Assembly: GCA_964418485.1 (NCBI GenBank)
Contig: CAYQMH010000004.1
Location: forward strand, 2,173-66,172
Source of the DNA: an uncultured bacterium
Lineage (GTDB): Bacteria; Hydrothermota; UBA3072
Reading direction: 5' to 3'
DNA: 64,000 bases
Shown here: positions 53,726 through 63,362 of the stretch, piece by piece
How positions within the stretch are numbered: position 1 is the first letter of the stretch
How the letters are laid out: each line of letters begins with the position of its first letter
Program-made: the position numbers and the translations under genes
The notes under the pieces: model-generated
Told to the model about the DNA's origin: nothing
Databases searched by the model: none
What the model saw: only the letters and a program-made list of their open reading frames with translations

Positions 53726-55477
53726 ATGGTTGAGATTTCGCTAAAAGACATACCGGAACTTTCCGGAGTTTATCATTTCCGTGATGAGGAGAAAATACTT
53801 TATATAGGTAAAGCAAAGAATTTGAAAAAAAGAATCAATAGTTATTTTACCCGTAAAAATTCCATAAAAGAAAGTAAAATATTATATGAAGCCAAATTTT
53901 TAGATTATACGGCTACATCTAATGAATTGGAAGCTCTTATATTGGAAGAAAATGAAATAAAAGAACACCAGCCAAAATATAACGTGAGATTAAAGGATGA
54001 TAAAAGATATCCATATATTAAGATAACTATAAAGGATGAATATCCGAGGGTCTTTTATACCCGAAAAATCGAAGATGACGGGTCTCTTTTTTTTGGTCCC
54101 TTTGCAGATGTAAAGGCAGTTAAAAGAGCGCTTAAAACGCTTATAAGCGTTTTTCCGGTGAGGACATGTAAAGGAAAAAATTTACCCTATAAAGTTTGCC
54201 TTCAGTATCATATTAATAGATGTTTGGGACCATGTATAGGAAAAATAGAAAAAGAAGAATATAGAGAGATGATCGATGAAATAGTCGATTTTCTCAAGGG
54301 TAAAACAAAGAAGCTTGAAAAAATTATTAATAATAAAATGAGAGAATCAGCCGCGAAATTGAATTTTGAGATGGCTGCTGTTTATAGAAACCAGATAATG
54401 AGTCTCAGGGATCTCGCAAGGAAGCAGAGAATAGTGTTAGAGGATAAAAAATCCAGAGATGTGATTGGAATCAGCGTCAAATCCGGGAAGGCTTGTGTTT
54501 TCGTTTTTCAGATAAGAGAAGGAAAGATGGTTAATACTGAGAGATACATACTTCGTTCGAGTGAAGAGGTACCGGTGAAAGAATATCTCAAGAGGTTTCT
54601 CCCCTGGAAATATCTGAATATATCCTATATTCCTAAAGAGATTCTAATTCCGGTAGAAATAGAAGATAAAAATTTGCTGGAAAATCTTTTTTTGTGTAGA
54701 ATTAAAGTACCAAGGAGAGGGGATTTGAAAGGACTAAAGGAAATGGCGATTAAAAATGCGAAACTTGAATTGGAAAGGGAACTTGCTCGTCCGGTGACCG
54801 GCTTAAATGATTCTTTAGGTGAGCTTCAGAAACTTCTTATGCTCGAGAGTCTTCCGGTGAGAATAGAAGGATTCGATATTTCTAATATTAGCGGTTCCGA
54901 TTCGGTGGGTTCTTGCGTTGTGTTTGTAAATGGTTTTCCCGCAAAGGAAAAATACAGACGTTTTAAAATCAAAAACGTTGAAGGAATTAACGATCCTGCC
55001 ATGATAGGTGAAATTGTCGGTAGAAGGATTAAAAAATTGATAGAAGAGAAAGATTTACCCGATTTGATTTTGATCGACGGAGGAAAAACACAGTTAAATG
55101 GAGCTTTGAAGGCTATGGGTAAAGTTGCACGCTTAAAAATACCTGTTATAGCGTTGGCTAAGAGAGCAGAGGAAGTACATTTGCCGAGCGGAGAAATTAT
55201 TTCTTTGCCTTTAAGCTCTAAGGCTCTGAAACTCTTAATGAGAATACGCAATGAGGCTCACTCATTTGCTCTTAGTTATCATAAAAAACTCAGAAGAAAA
55301 AAACTTTCTCTTTCGGAATTGGATGAGATTGAAGGTATAGGCTATAAGCGTAAAATTGCTTTGATTCAGCATTTTGGTTCAAAAGACAGGATACTTACGG
55401 CATCTAAAGAAGAAATTAGAGAAGTTACGGGAGTTGGAGATAAATTGGCTGATATTGTTTATAATTCTCTTCATTAA
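53726..55477 (+). CDS. uvrC: Excinuclease ABC subunit C
   Basis: GIY-YIG 'GVYHFRDEEKILYIGKAKNLKKRINSYF'; UvrBC-interaction, RNase H-like and C-terminal HhH domains. Confidence 0.9.
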   Translation: MVEISLKDIPELSGVYHFRDEEKILYIGKAKNLKKRINSYFTRKNSIKESKILYEAKFLDYTATSNELEALILEENEIKEHQPKYNVRLKDDKRYPYIKITIKDEYPRVFYTRKIEDDGSLFFGPFADVKAVKRALKTLISVFPVRTCKGKNLPYKVCLQYHINRCLGPCIGKIEKEEYREMIDEIVDFLKGKTKKLEKIINNKMRESAAKLNFEMAAVYRNQIMSLRDLARKQRIVLEDKKSRDVIGISVKSGKACVFVFQIREGKMVNTERYILRSSEEVPVKEYLKRFLPWKYLNISYIPKEILIPVEIEDKNLLENLFLCRIKVPRRGDLKGLKEMAIKNAKLELERELARPVTGLNDSLGELQKLLMLESLPVRIEGFDISNISGSDSVGSCVVFVNGFPAKEKYRRFKIKNVEGINDPAMIGEIVGRRIKKLIEEKDLPDLILIDGGKTQLNGALKAMGKVARLKIPVIALAKRAEEVHLPSGEIISLPLSSKALKLLMRIRNEAHSFALSYHKKLRRKKLSLSELDEIEGIGYKRKIALIQHFGSKDRILTASKEEIREVTGVGDKLADIVYNSLH

Positions 55478-55494
55478 CGGGATTATTCTTTGAT

Positions 55495-58299
55495 TTGATA
55501 TTATTACTGCTTTCCATATCATCAGAAGTATTAATTATAGAGTCACCGGATACGTCCGAAATTGCTCTCGGTTATCCCTTTGTCATTAAAAACTCTGATA
55601 GTTTGTGGTGTGGAGAAGAGCTTTTGTCCCGCGATTCGTCATATATAATAGATTACAAAAGAGGTGTTTTAAGAATTAAGAAGGATTGTTCTCTACCTCT
55701 GAGATTTAAGTTCTTACATCTGGATTTTATGTTGAATGAAAGCTACTCAAGGTGGGCTCCGGATACTTCCAGGTCTTTACCTGCTGGGATTGTAGAAGAG
55801 TCTAGTTGGCAGGATGGCGATAAACTTATAATAAGTGGGAATAAAGGTTTATTTGTAGATGTAAGAGCGAACAGGACTGATATAAGCCAGAGTTTATGGA
55901 TGAGGATAGGGGGTAGCGCCGGGCAGTTCGATGTTTCCGGAGTTCTTTCCGATGAAAATATTCCTAAAGGTAACGTGGTTTCGCAGAATTTGCGGGAAAT
56001 AGATGAGATTTTTATCGAAGCAGTTTCCGATGATATATCTATCAGAATGGGGGATATTGTAACTACTGAGGAGGAAGTAGATAAAAAATTGCTTGGGCTT
56101 TCTTTCGCCTGGAAAGACTTATCCGGAGTAGCGGGGATTTCTAAGGCTAAATATGGGAAAATTACGTTTAAAACAGTCGAAGACAAACAGGGTCCCTATA
56201 AAATTAATCCGGAAGAAGGAATAAGTGGTGTTTCAATAGTAAGAGGTTCAGAGCAAGTTTGGCTTAATGGCAAGCTGCTGGCGAGGGGAATAGAAAAAGA
56301 TTATGTAATTAATTACCTGGAAAACACTCTCACTTTTAATTCCTCTGTTTTTCTTGATAATGAGTCGGTGGTTCTTGTTCTTTTTCAATATAGTATTTAC
56401 GGAGAAAGTAATATGTTCTATGAAACCGCGTTTGAGAGTGATGATTATTCTTTTTCTTTCCGTCGCGAAGAAGATTTCTCGGAAAAAGATTTAATCGAAT
56501 CCTATCCCGATTCAGGTTTTGGATACAGATATAATTCTACATATGTTGGAGAGGGAAATGGTGATTACCAGCTGTTGGATTCCATTTTTGTTTATCAGGG
56601 TTACGAAAAAGGCTCTTACGAAGTGTATTTTGAGTGGATCGGAGAGGGAAACGGTGAATATGAGTATGTGGATTCATTACATTACTTTCTCTGGACAGGA
56701 GATGGTCCGTTTTCGCCTAAAAGGAAAGTTCCTTTAGGGGAAGAAGATAACTTGTTTTCATTAGGCTTAAACAAGAGTTTAAAAAATTTTGATATATCGG
56801 GGAGATTAAAAGCAAGAAGAATTAGAATTCCAGTAGGAGGAGAGGGAAAAGATGGTCTAAATGCCAGTTTTAAGTCCAGGTATAAGCCATACGATTTTTT
56901 AAGTTTCTTTTTTGATTATTCCGGGAAAACTTCGAATTTTGTTGTTAGGGAATGGGAAGGAGAGAAAGATTTATTGAAAACCTGGGAAATGGCTAATTAC
57001 CCTTTAGATTTTTTGGAAAGTGGTATAGAATTTGTGCCCAATTCGAGAATGGAATGTTCCTATGTTTACGGGAAAGCGGATACTCTCCGTAAGGATAAAA
57101 TAAATTTTAAAATCTCTCCTTTATTTTTTTATTGGGATAATATTAGAGGGAAGCGGCTGGATTTAAAAGGAGGATTTTTATTTTCCGGCTATGAGATTTC
57201 ATATAGAGATTTAAGTAGAGGTGAAGATTACAGAAGAGAGTTTTTTGCCGGTAGCTCATATTTAGGTCTTTTATATGGATTAGAGGGAGGAAGTCGAGGT
57301 GATACTGCAAGGGTATATGTCGGAAAGACAAATCTGAAATATAAAAATCTCTCTTTAGTTGCGTCGCATATTTACAGGATGAATTTAATTTCAGGGCAGT
57401 CAGAAAGGATTACCAATGGGAGCTTTGATATGAATTTAAACTTAAATTCTTTTTATTTGAGAAGTAAGTTTGATGTTTCTAAGAAAAGAGCGAGTGTCTG
57501 GGAAAGATATTATCAGAAGGTGAACTCCGGGGGAGGAGATTATTCCTTTGATTCGACAGCAAATGTTTATTATGAGAATCCTTATGGAGATTATGTGGAG
57601 AGAGTTGTATATACAGGGGAGGAGAGGGATTCGAGAGAATATTCGGCAAATATTTCCGTCCGCTCCGAGCGAATTGTTTTGCTGAACGGGTATATAAATT
57701 CGACTTATAGTCCGAATTTGATGTCTCGAAATGATGGTTCGATAAGTCTTAAATTTCCGGAAAAGAGTAAAAACAGAATCTTTTTCAGAAATAGTTTTAA
57801 ATACAGTAGCGGAGGGACTTTTTGGAGGGGGGCAGACCGTAATTATACAAAGGTTGATTTTGGCTGGGAGAATAGTGCTAAAGGATATAAAGAACTTGGG
57901 GGTACAAGGGAGTGGAGCAGTGAAGAGGACAAATGGGGAGGTTTTTTAAGTTTTTGGAATGATGAAGGAATTGAAATAAAACTCGAGGAAATCTTAACCA
58001 CGGGAGAAGATACGCTTATTTCTTCGATTTTGGAACTGGGTTATAGACTTTTTGGAGAAAGGAAAAGCGGTTTATTTCAGGTAACTCTGGGTTACAACTA
58101 TTATCCGGATGGTAGTGTTAATTCCTATAGGATGAACGATCTTTATCCTCCCGGATTTTTTTATGATTTTACCTCTTCTGTAACATTCGATTTAACCGAG
58201 ATGGTTCATCTGGTAACAAATGCGACTATTCATAAACTGAGTGGCGGGGAAATTTATTATACAGGTAGAATAGGAATCACTGCCGATTTTTCTCCGTAA
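55495..58299 (+). CDS. Large hypothetical protein (934 aa), G/Y/S/N/D/E-rich with internal GEGNG(D/E)Y repeats; probably secreted/outer membrane
   Basis: Short hydrophobic N-terminus; tandem 'YVGEGNGDYQ'/'WIGEGNGEYEY'; beta-rich composition; no family recognised. Confidence 0.45.
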   Translation: MILLLLSISSEVLIIESPDTSEIALGYPFVIKNSDSLWCGEELLSRDSSYIIDYKRGVLRIKKDCSLPLRFKFLHLDFMLNESYSRWAPDTSRSLPAGIVEESSWQDGDKLIISGNKGLFVDVRANRTDISQSLWMRIGGSAGQFDVSGVLSDENIPKGNVVSQNLREIDEIFIEAVSDDISIRMGDIVTTEEEVDKKLLGLSFAWKDLSGVAGISKAKYGKITFKTVEDKQGPYKINPEEGISGVSIVRGSEQVWLNGKLLARGIEKDYVINYLENTLTFNSSVFLDNESVVLVLFQYSIYGESNMFYETAFESDDYSFSFRREEDFSEKDLIESYPDSGFGYRYNSTYVGEGNGDYQLLDSIFVYQGYEKGSYEVYFEWIGEGNGEYEYVDSLHYFLWTGDGPFSPKRKVPLGEEDNLFSLGLNKSLKNFDISGRLKARRIRIPVGGEGKDGLNASFKSRYKPYDFLSFFFDYSGKTSNFVVREWEGEKDLLKTWEMANYPLDFLESGIEFVPNSRMECSYVYGKADTLRKDKINFKISPLFFYWDNIRGKRLDLKGGFLFSGYEISYRDLSRGEDYRREFFAGSSYLGLLYGLEGGSRGDTARVYVGKTNLKYKNLSLVASHIYRMNLISGQSERITNGSFDMNLNLNSFYLRSKFDVSKKRASVWERYYQKVNSGGGDYSFDSTANVYYENPYGDYVERVVYTGEERDSREYSANISVRSERIVLLNGYINSTYSPNLMSRNDGSISLKFPEKSKNRIFFRNSFKYSSGGTFWRGADRNYTKVDFGWENSAKGYKELGGTREWSSEEDKWGGFLSFWNDEGIEIKLEEILTTGEDTLISSILELGYRLFGERKSGLFQVTLGYNYYPDGSVNSYRMNDLYPPGFFYDFTSSVTFDLTEMVHLVTNATIHKLSGGEIYYTGRIGITADFSP

Positions 58300-58340
58300 C
58301 TGCCCCTTGACTTATAGCTTTACTTTTATAGAATAAATTT

Positions 58341-59492
58341 ATGAATATTATTTTGTTTGAGGACAAAAAAGTAATTAATTTCTATCCTATTTCCAGGTTG
58401 CGTACGATCGATGAGATTAGAACAGGAATGTGGACACAGAAGGAGAGAGCCTTTTTAAAATTTAAAACAAAGCCATTAAGTTATTCTTTAAGAGAATATT
58501 ACGGCGATGAATTTAAAGTGAAGGGAGATGCGCTTTTTCTGAATTCGAGATTAAAAGATTTCGATTTTTTTAATAATTTGGAAAATAATACATGTGTTAT
58601 CAATAAAGATGGGGAAGTTCTCGGTTATAAAAGTAATAAGATTATTGAAGGGGATAAGTTCGATGGATTTAAAGTGGTCGTAGAAGAAATTCCGATGTAT
58701 AATTTTATATGGGATGTTATAGCCGATTTGCCCGAAAGATTAACGGCGGATTTAGTCGGTGATCCGTCTTTAGGCAAAATATCCAGTCCGGTTGGTGACT
58801 TTGTTCATATCAGAAACAAAAAGAATGTTTATATAGGTAATAACGTTGAGCTTGGTGAGGCCGTTGTCCTCGATGCCCGGCATGCTCCTGTTTGGATTGA
58901 TGACGGTGCGGTTGTAGAAAGCCATTGTTGCATTATCGGGCCTGCTTATATAGGCAAAAAGTCAAAAGTGAAGCCGGCTAGTCTTTTGGATATTGTTTCA
59001 ATTGGTGATGTTGTTAAAATTTCCGGCGAGATTGAGGGAACTATTTTTCAAGGTTATTCAAATAAACAACATTTAGGGTTCCTTGGGCATGCTTTTGTCG
59101 CCGAGTGGGTCAATTTGGGTGCCGGGACAACTAATTCTGATTTAAAAAATAATTATAGTAAAGTAAGCGTAATTTTAGAGGGAAAACGTTACGATACTGG
59201 TATGCAATTTCTTGGTACTATAATTGGAGATCACTCAAAGGCTGCAATTAATACTACTTTTAATACTGGTACAATTGTCGAACCATTTTGTAATATATTT
59301 GGAAGGGGATACCCTCCTAAATATGTACCTCCTTTTAGTTGGTGGGGAGACGACATCGAAGAATATAAGCTGGATAAGGCTATTGAGACAGCGACTATGG
59401 TTATGAAAAGAAGGGGTGTAGATTTGAGTGAGCATTATAGAAAAAAAATTGAGCAGCTTTTCATAGAAGCTAAAGACATCAGAAAAAAATAA
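58341..59492 (+). CDS. Putative sugar nucleotidyltransferase-like protein with left-handed beta-helix (hexapeptide) repeats (TIGR03991-like)
   Basis: N-terminus 'MNIILFEDKKVINFYPISRLRTIDEIRTG' resembles FCB-group 'putative sugar nucleotidyl transferase'; hexapeptide repeats IGNNVELGEAVV.. in the C-terminal half. Confidence 0.5.
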   Translation: MNIILFEDKKVINFYPISRLRTIDEIRTGMWTQKERAFLKFKTKPLSYSLREYYGDEFKVKGDALFLNSRLKDFDFFNNLENNTCVINKDGEVLGYKSNKIIEGDKFDGFKVVVEEIPMYNFIWDVIADLPERLTADLVGDPSLGKISSPVGDFVHIRNKKNVYIGNNVELGEAVVLDARHAPVWIDDGAVVESHCCIIGPAYIGKKSKVKPASLLDIVSIGDVVKISGEIEGTIFQGYSNKQHLGFLGHAFVAEWVNLGAGTTNSDLKNNYSKVSVILEGKRYDTGMQFLGTIIGDHSKAAINTTFNTGTIVEPFCNIFGRGYPPKYVPPFSWWGDDIEEYKLDKAIETATMVMKRRGVDLSEHYRKKIEQLFIEAKDIRKK

Positions 59493-59560
59493 ATTAATAT
59501 TAGGTTTTTCCCTAATTCCACTATTGACTTTTTCTCGTTTCTTCTTATAATAGTTATTAA

Positions 59561-60112
59561 ATGGGAAAAATGGAAAAATTTCATAAAATCGTTACAGTGG
59601 AGTTGCTTTCGACGATTGATCATAAATTGAGAGGTGTGCAGCAATTTATTGTAGCGCTCCGCGGACTAATCGAAGAAGATGTTCTTAATGATTTGGCCGA
59701 AGAAGTTGGTGAGTTGCAGGCTCTTTATGAACCTTTTCTAAAACTCCGAGATTTAGATCTGCAAGAAGTTGATTTGGGAAAGTTTTTAGGGGATAATTAT
59801 AATATGCAATCAGGGGCTTCCTGTATTGTCAAGGTGGATAAAGAAAAGCTCGATTTTGTTCTTGATTTTTTTAATGAATTTTCAGAAGGAAATTATGAAT
59901 TATCTGTTAAGCCTGCTGGCAAGGGTTGTATTGTTAGTTTGGTTTCTCCTTCGTTTTCCGAATTATCTATTGATTATTTTGACGAACTTTCTGGTGAGGT
60001 TGATCGCCTTCCGTTTTTTGCTATTAAGAAAGTACTTGGAAGAATGGGTGCCGAATTTTCTATTGAAGGAGAAGAAGTATCTATTGAATTTTTGCGTCCA
60101 GGTGAAATATAA
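59561..60112 (+). CDS. Hypothetical protein (183 aa)
   Basis: Acidic, no family recognised; the preceding region has no repeat element. Confidence 0.35.
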   Translation: MGKMEKFHKIVTVELLSTIDHKLRGVQQFIVALRGLIEEDVLNDLAEEVGELQALYEPFLKLRDLDLQEVDLGKFLGDNYNMQSGASCIVKVDKEKLDFVLDFFNEFSEGNYELSVKPAGKGCIVSLVSPSFSELSIDYFDELSGEVDRLPFFAIKKVLGRMGAEFSIEGEEVSIEFLRPGEI

Positions 60113-60170
60113 GCCTGGATTTTTACTATTTCCCGGGATTTAAGATTCGTTTCTGTTTAGTGCTGGTTTG

Positions 60171-62702
60171 TTAATCTTCAGTTTCTTTTTTTAAATCGTA
60201 GAGAAAATTATGTGCTTCTTTTGGTGTCATATTATCGGGATTGATATTTTTGATTTTGTTTAGTAAGATGTTTTCTGTTTGAAAGAGTGAAGTTTGTCTT
60301 GTTTTTGGGGGATGCTTTCTCGTTACCCGGTCATCATCTCTTAAATCCGCAAGTAAATCTTTTGCACGCTCAATTACGTTATCAGGTAACCCCGCAAGTT
60401 TCGCAACTTCGATACCATAACTACGATCCGAAGAGCCCCTTTTTACGTTTCTTAAAAATATAACTTCGTCTTCGGTTTCTTTTACGGATACATTATAATT
60501 TGCTACTGTTTTATAATATTCTTCCAATTCAGTTAATTCATGATAGTGAGTCGCAAAAAGGACCATTGGTTTTTCGGGTATTGAGTTAAGATACTCAATT
60601 ACAGACCAGGCAATAGAAAGTCCATCGTAGGTACTGGTTCCTCTGCCGACCTCGTCTAAGAGGACGAGGCTTTTACTTGTAACGTTATTTAGTATGTTTG
60701 CAGTTTCATTCATCTCGGCAAGGAAGGTAGAAACGCCTCGAGCCAGATCATCAGACGCTCCGATACGAGTGAAAATACTATCTATTATTCCTATCTCAGC
60801 GTTTTTCGCCGGTACATAAGAGCCCATTTGTGCCATTATAGTTATTAAAGCTATCTGGCGTAAATAGGTCGATTTGCCGGCCATATTAGGTCCGGTTAGA
60901 ATTATTACACTTTCTTTTTCGTTTAAATCGACATTGTTTGGAATAAACTCTCCTTCTTTTAAGATTTTTTCTACTACAGGATGCCTTCCTTCTGAAATTT
61001 TAATACCCTTGTTAGTTGATATTTTAGGACGGGAGTAATTATGAGTTAAGGCAAGTTCGGTAAAGTTAGCTGTTATATCTATTACCGAAATACCAGAAGC
61101 CGTTTCCTCGAATTCATCAATATTTTGCTGTAGTTTTTTTATTAAATCTTCGAAGAGTTCTTTTTCGATTTCACTTTGTCTTTCCTCTGCCCTTAGTATT
61201 TTTGACTCGAAATCTTTTAATTCCTCGGTTATGAATCGCTCGGAATTAATAAGGGTTTGTTTTTTTATGTAATTTTCCGGAACCCCTTTAAGTTTTGCTT
61301 TGGTAATCTCAATATAGTATCCGAAAACAGAATTATAGCCAACTTTAAGTTTATCGATTCCTGTTTCCTTTCGCTGTTTTTCTTCATATTTTAAGACCCA
61401 ATTTTTACCTTCCGAGGCTATTTTTCTTATTTCGTCCAATTCTGGACTATATCCTTTTTTAAAAATACCCCCATCGCTTATTTTTACGGGAGGATCTTCT
61501 ACGATCGAATTTTCTATTAAATTTATTGTTTTTCTTAAGTCCTTTATTTTTTCGACTTGATTTTTAAAAATTGGTGAATTAAGGGAAGAAATTATTTTCT
61601 TAAGTTCCTCTGCGTTGGAAAGTGACATTTTCAAAGAAATTAAATCTCGTGGAGTTGCTCTACCAGTAGATATGCGTCCTGTAATACGCTGGATATCATA
61701 AATATCCTTGAGTTTTTCTTGGGTGTCTCTTAGGATATTTCTTTTAAAAATTAACTCTTCTATACCATCAAATCTTTTCTCTATTTCGAGTTTGTTAGTA
61801 GAGGGAAACAATAGCCATTTTTTCAGAAGGCGGCTTCCCATGGAGGTTAGGGTTTTATTTATTGTATCTAAAAGAGCTCCTTTTTGGTTTCCATTAATTT
61901 TAGTGATCAGTTCAAGATTTTTAATAGTTGCACCATCTAAGGACATGCCGTCTTTGGGATTAAAATGAGAGATTTTTTTTATGTGCTTTAATGTTGTTTT
62001 TTGATTTTCGGTTATGTAAGAAAGCAGTGCTCCAGCCGAACAGACTGCAGAAGAAGTTTCTGCGAGACCAAAAGAATCTATCTTTAAAATTCCAAAATGA
62101 TCTTTAATAAGTTCTAAAGCGAAATCTATGTCAAATCTATATGGTTCAATTTTTGTAATAGGAATAGTGTCCGGTAATTCTGTTTGCATTCCTTCAGGTA
62201 TAATTAATTCTTTAGGGGATAGCCGGTTTAATTCATCAATCAAATTTTTTATTTCGCCAGCTTGAAATTCTCCGGTAGAAATATCGGAAAAAGCAAAGCC
62301 ATAAGTATTTTCATCCTTTATAACAGCTGCGAGGTAATTGTTGTCTGTTTCTTTTAACAAAGAAGGTCTCATTACAGTTCCCGATGTTATAACTTCAACG
62401 ACTTCTCTTTCTACCAAACCTTTGGATGCTTTTGGATCTTCTATTTGTTCGCAAATTGCTACTTTTTTTCCTGAACGTACAAGTTTTTCGATATAAGAAT
62501 CAGCCGCTTTAATGGGGATACCCGCTAGTGGAACTCTGACGTCTTTACCCATGGGTTTAGATGTTAAAGTGATATTGAGAGTTTCGGAAGCGGTTTTTGC
62601 GTCTTCATAAAACGTTTCATAAAAATCGCCTATATGAAATAGTAAAACTGAATCTTGGTATTTTTTCTTGATTTTTAAGTACTGTTTAAGGATTGGAGTC
62701 AA
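60171..62702 (-). CDS. mutS: DNA mismatch repair protein MutS
   Basis: 843 aa; N-terminal mismatch-binding 'GDFYETF'; Walker A 'GPNMAGKST'; 'STF..E' signature. Confidence 0.95.
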   Translation of the reverse strand: MTPILKQYLKIKKKYQDSVLLFHIGDFYETFYEDAKTASETLNITLTSKPMGKDVRVPLAGIPIKAADSYIEKLVRSGKKVAICEQIEDPKASKGLVEREVVEVITSGTVMRPSLLKETDNNYLAAVIKDENTYGFAFSDISTGEFQAGEIKNLIDELNRLSPKELIIPEGMQTELPDTIPITKIEPYRFDIDFALELIKDHFGILKIDSFGLAETSSAVCSAGALLSYITENQKTTLKHIKKISHFNPKDGMSLDGATIKNLELITKINGNQKGALLDTINKTLTSMGSRLLKKWLLFPSTNKLEIEKRFDGIEELIFKRNILRDTQEKLKDIYDIQRITGRISTGRATPRDLISLKMSLSNAEELKKIISSLNSPIFKNQVEKIKDLRKTINLIENSIVEDPPVKISDGGIFKKGYSPELDEIRKIASEGKNWVLKYEEKQRKETGIDKLKVGYNSVFGYYIEITKAKLKGVPENYIKKQTLINSERFITEELKDFESKILRAEERQSEIEKELFEDLIKKLQQNIDEFEETASGISVIDITANFTELALTHNYSRPKISTNKGIKISEGRHPVVEKILKEGEFIPNNVDLNEKESVIILTGPNMAGKSTYLRQIALITIMAQMGSYVPAKNAEIGIIDSIFTRIGASDDLARGVSTFLAEMNETANILNNVTSKSLVLLDEVGRGTSTYDGLSIAWSVIEYLNSIPEKPMVLFATHYHELTELEEYYKTVANYNVSVKETEDEVIFLRNVKRGSSDRSYGIEVAKLAGLPDNVIERAKDLLADLRDDDRVTRKHPPKTRQTSLFQTENILLNKIKNINPDNMTPKEAHNFLYDLKKETED

Positions 62703-63351
62703 AAGTTATGAAACCGTGGAAACCCTTATTTTTGATTTTTTCTAAGTGTTCTTCCGCCTCTATTCTTGTGTCGAACTTTCCGGAAAATATTTTCGAGTAT
62801 GAACCTGCTTTCTTTATAAAGTATTCTACATTATTTTCTTTAAGCTTTCCCACAAAGTACTCCAGCCATTTTTCGTCTTCGTATGCTCCAAGCTGAATAG
62901 AGTAAAACCCTTGCTCTTTTTTTTCTTGCACTTGTTGGATAGTCTTTTCCGGTTTAATATTTTTTTCTTCTGGTGCAGTTTTTTTTTCGTCAGTAACGGA
63001 AAATATATTTTTGTTTTTTTCTTTTATCTCCTTAACTTTAGTTGAGTCGCCAACATTTTTGTAGCATAATTCTAACCAGTAACATGTTTTTGAATAAAGA
63101 GTAGATTTGGGTCCTCTTTTATATATAAGTTCAAAATGGGAGATCGTTTTATCGAAATCTCCTAAAATGTAGTAAAGCATTCCTATTCTAAAAAGAGAGG
63201 AATCTGCGTGAGGAGTATTCGGTGCTTCCTTTATTATTTGCCTGTAATATTCAACTGCTTCGAGTGGATTTTTTATTTTTACAGCCTTTTGATATTTTTC
63301 TTTAGTCGAAGCTTCAACATTTATGAGTATAAGTAAAATAGAAAATATCAT
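62686..63351 (-). CDS. TPR-like + SPOR-domain protein
   Basis: Signal/TM N-terminus; TPR-like helices; C-terminal SPOR 'FYSIQLGAYEDEKWLEYFVGKL..YSKIFSGKFDTRIEAEEHLEKIKNKGFHGFI'. Confidence 0.65.
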   Translation of the reverse strand: MIFSILLILINVEASTKEKYQKAVKIKNPLEAVEYYRQIIKEAPNTPHADSSLFRIGMLYYILGDFDKTISHFELIYKRGPKSTLYSKTCYWLELCYKNVGDSTKVKEIKEKNKNIFSVTDEKKTAPEEKNIKPEKTIQQVQEKKEQGFYSIQLGAYEDEKWLEYFVGKLKENNVEYFIKKAGSYSKIFSGKFDTRIEAEEHLEKIKNKGFHGFITFDSNP

Positions 63352-63362
63352 AGGCTAAGTAT

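Noticed and set aside
2622-56186. Antisense and nested ORFs in the track (e.g. 2622-2819, 2859-3188, 14217-14492, 17523-18207, 25269-26129, 30880-31185, 39211-39459, 54826-55251, 55743-56186, 61708-61968)
   Set aside because: Each lies wholly inside a well-supported conserved gene on the opposite strand. They have low-complexity Ser/Pro/Phe-rich translations typical of antisense frames.
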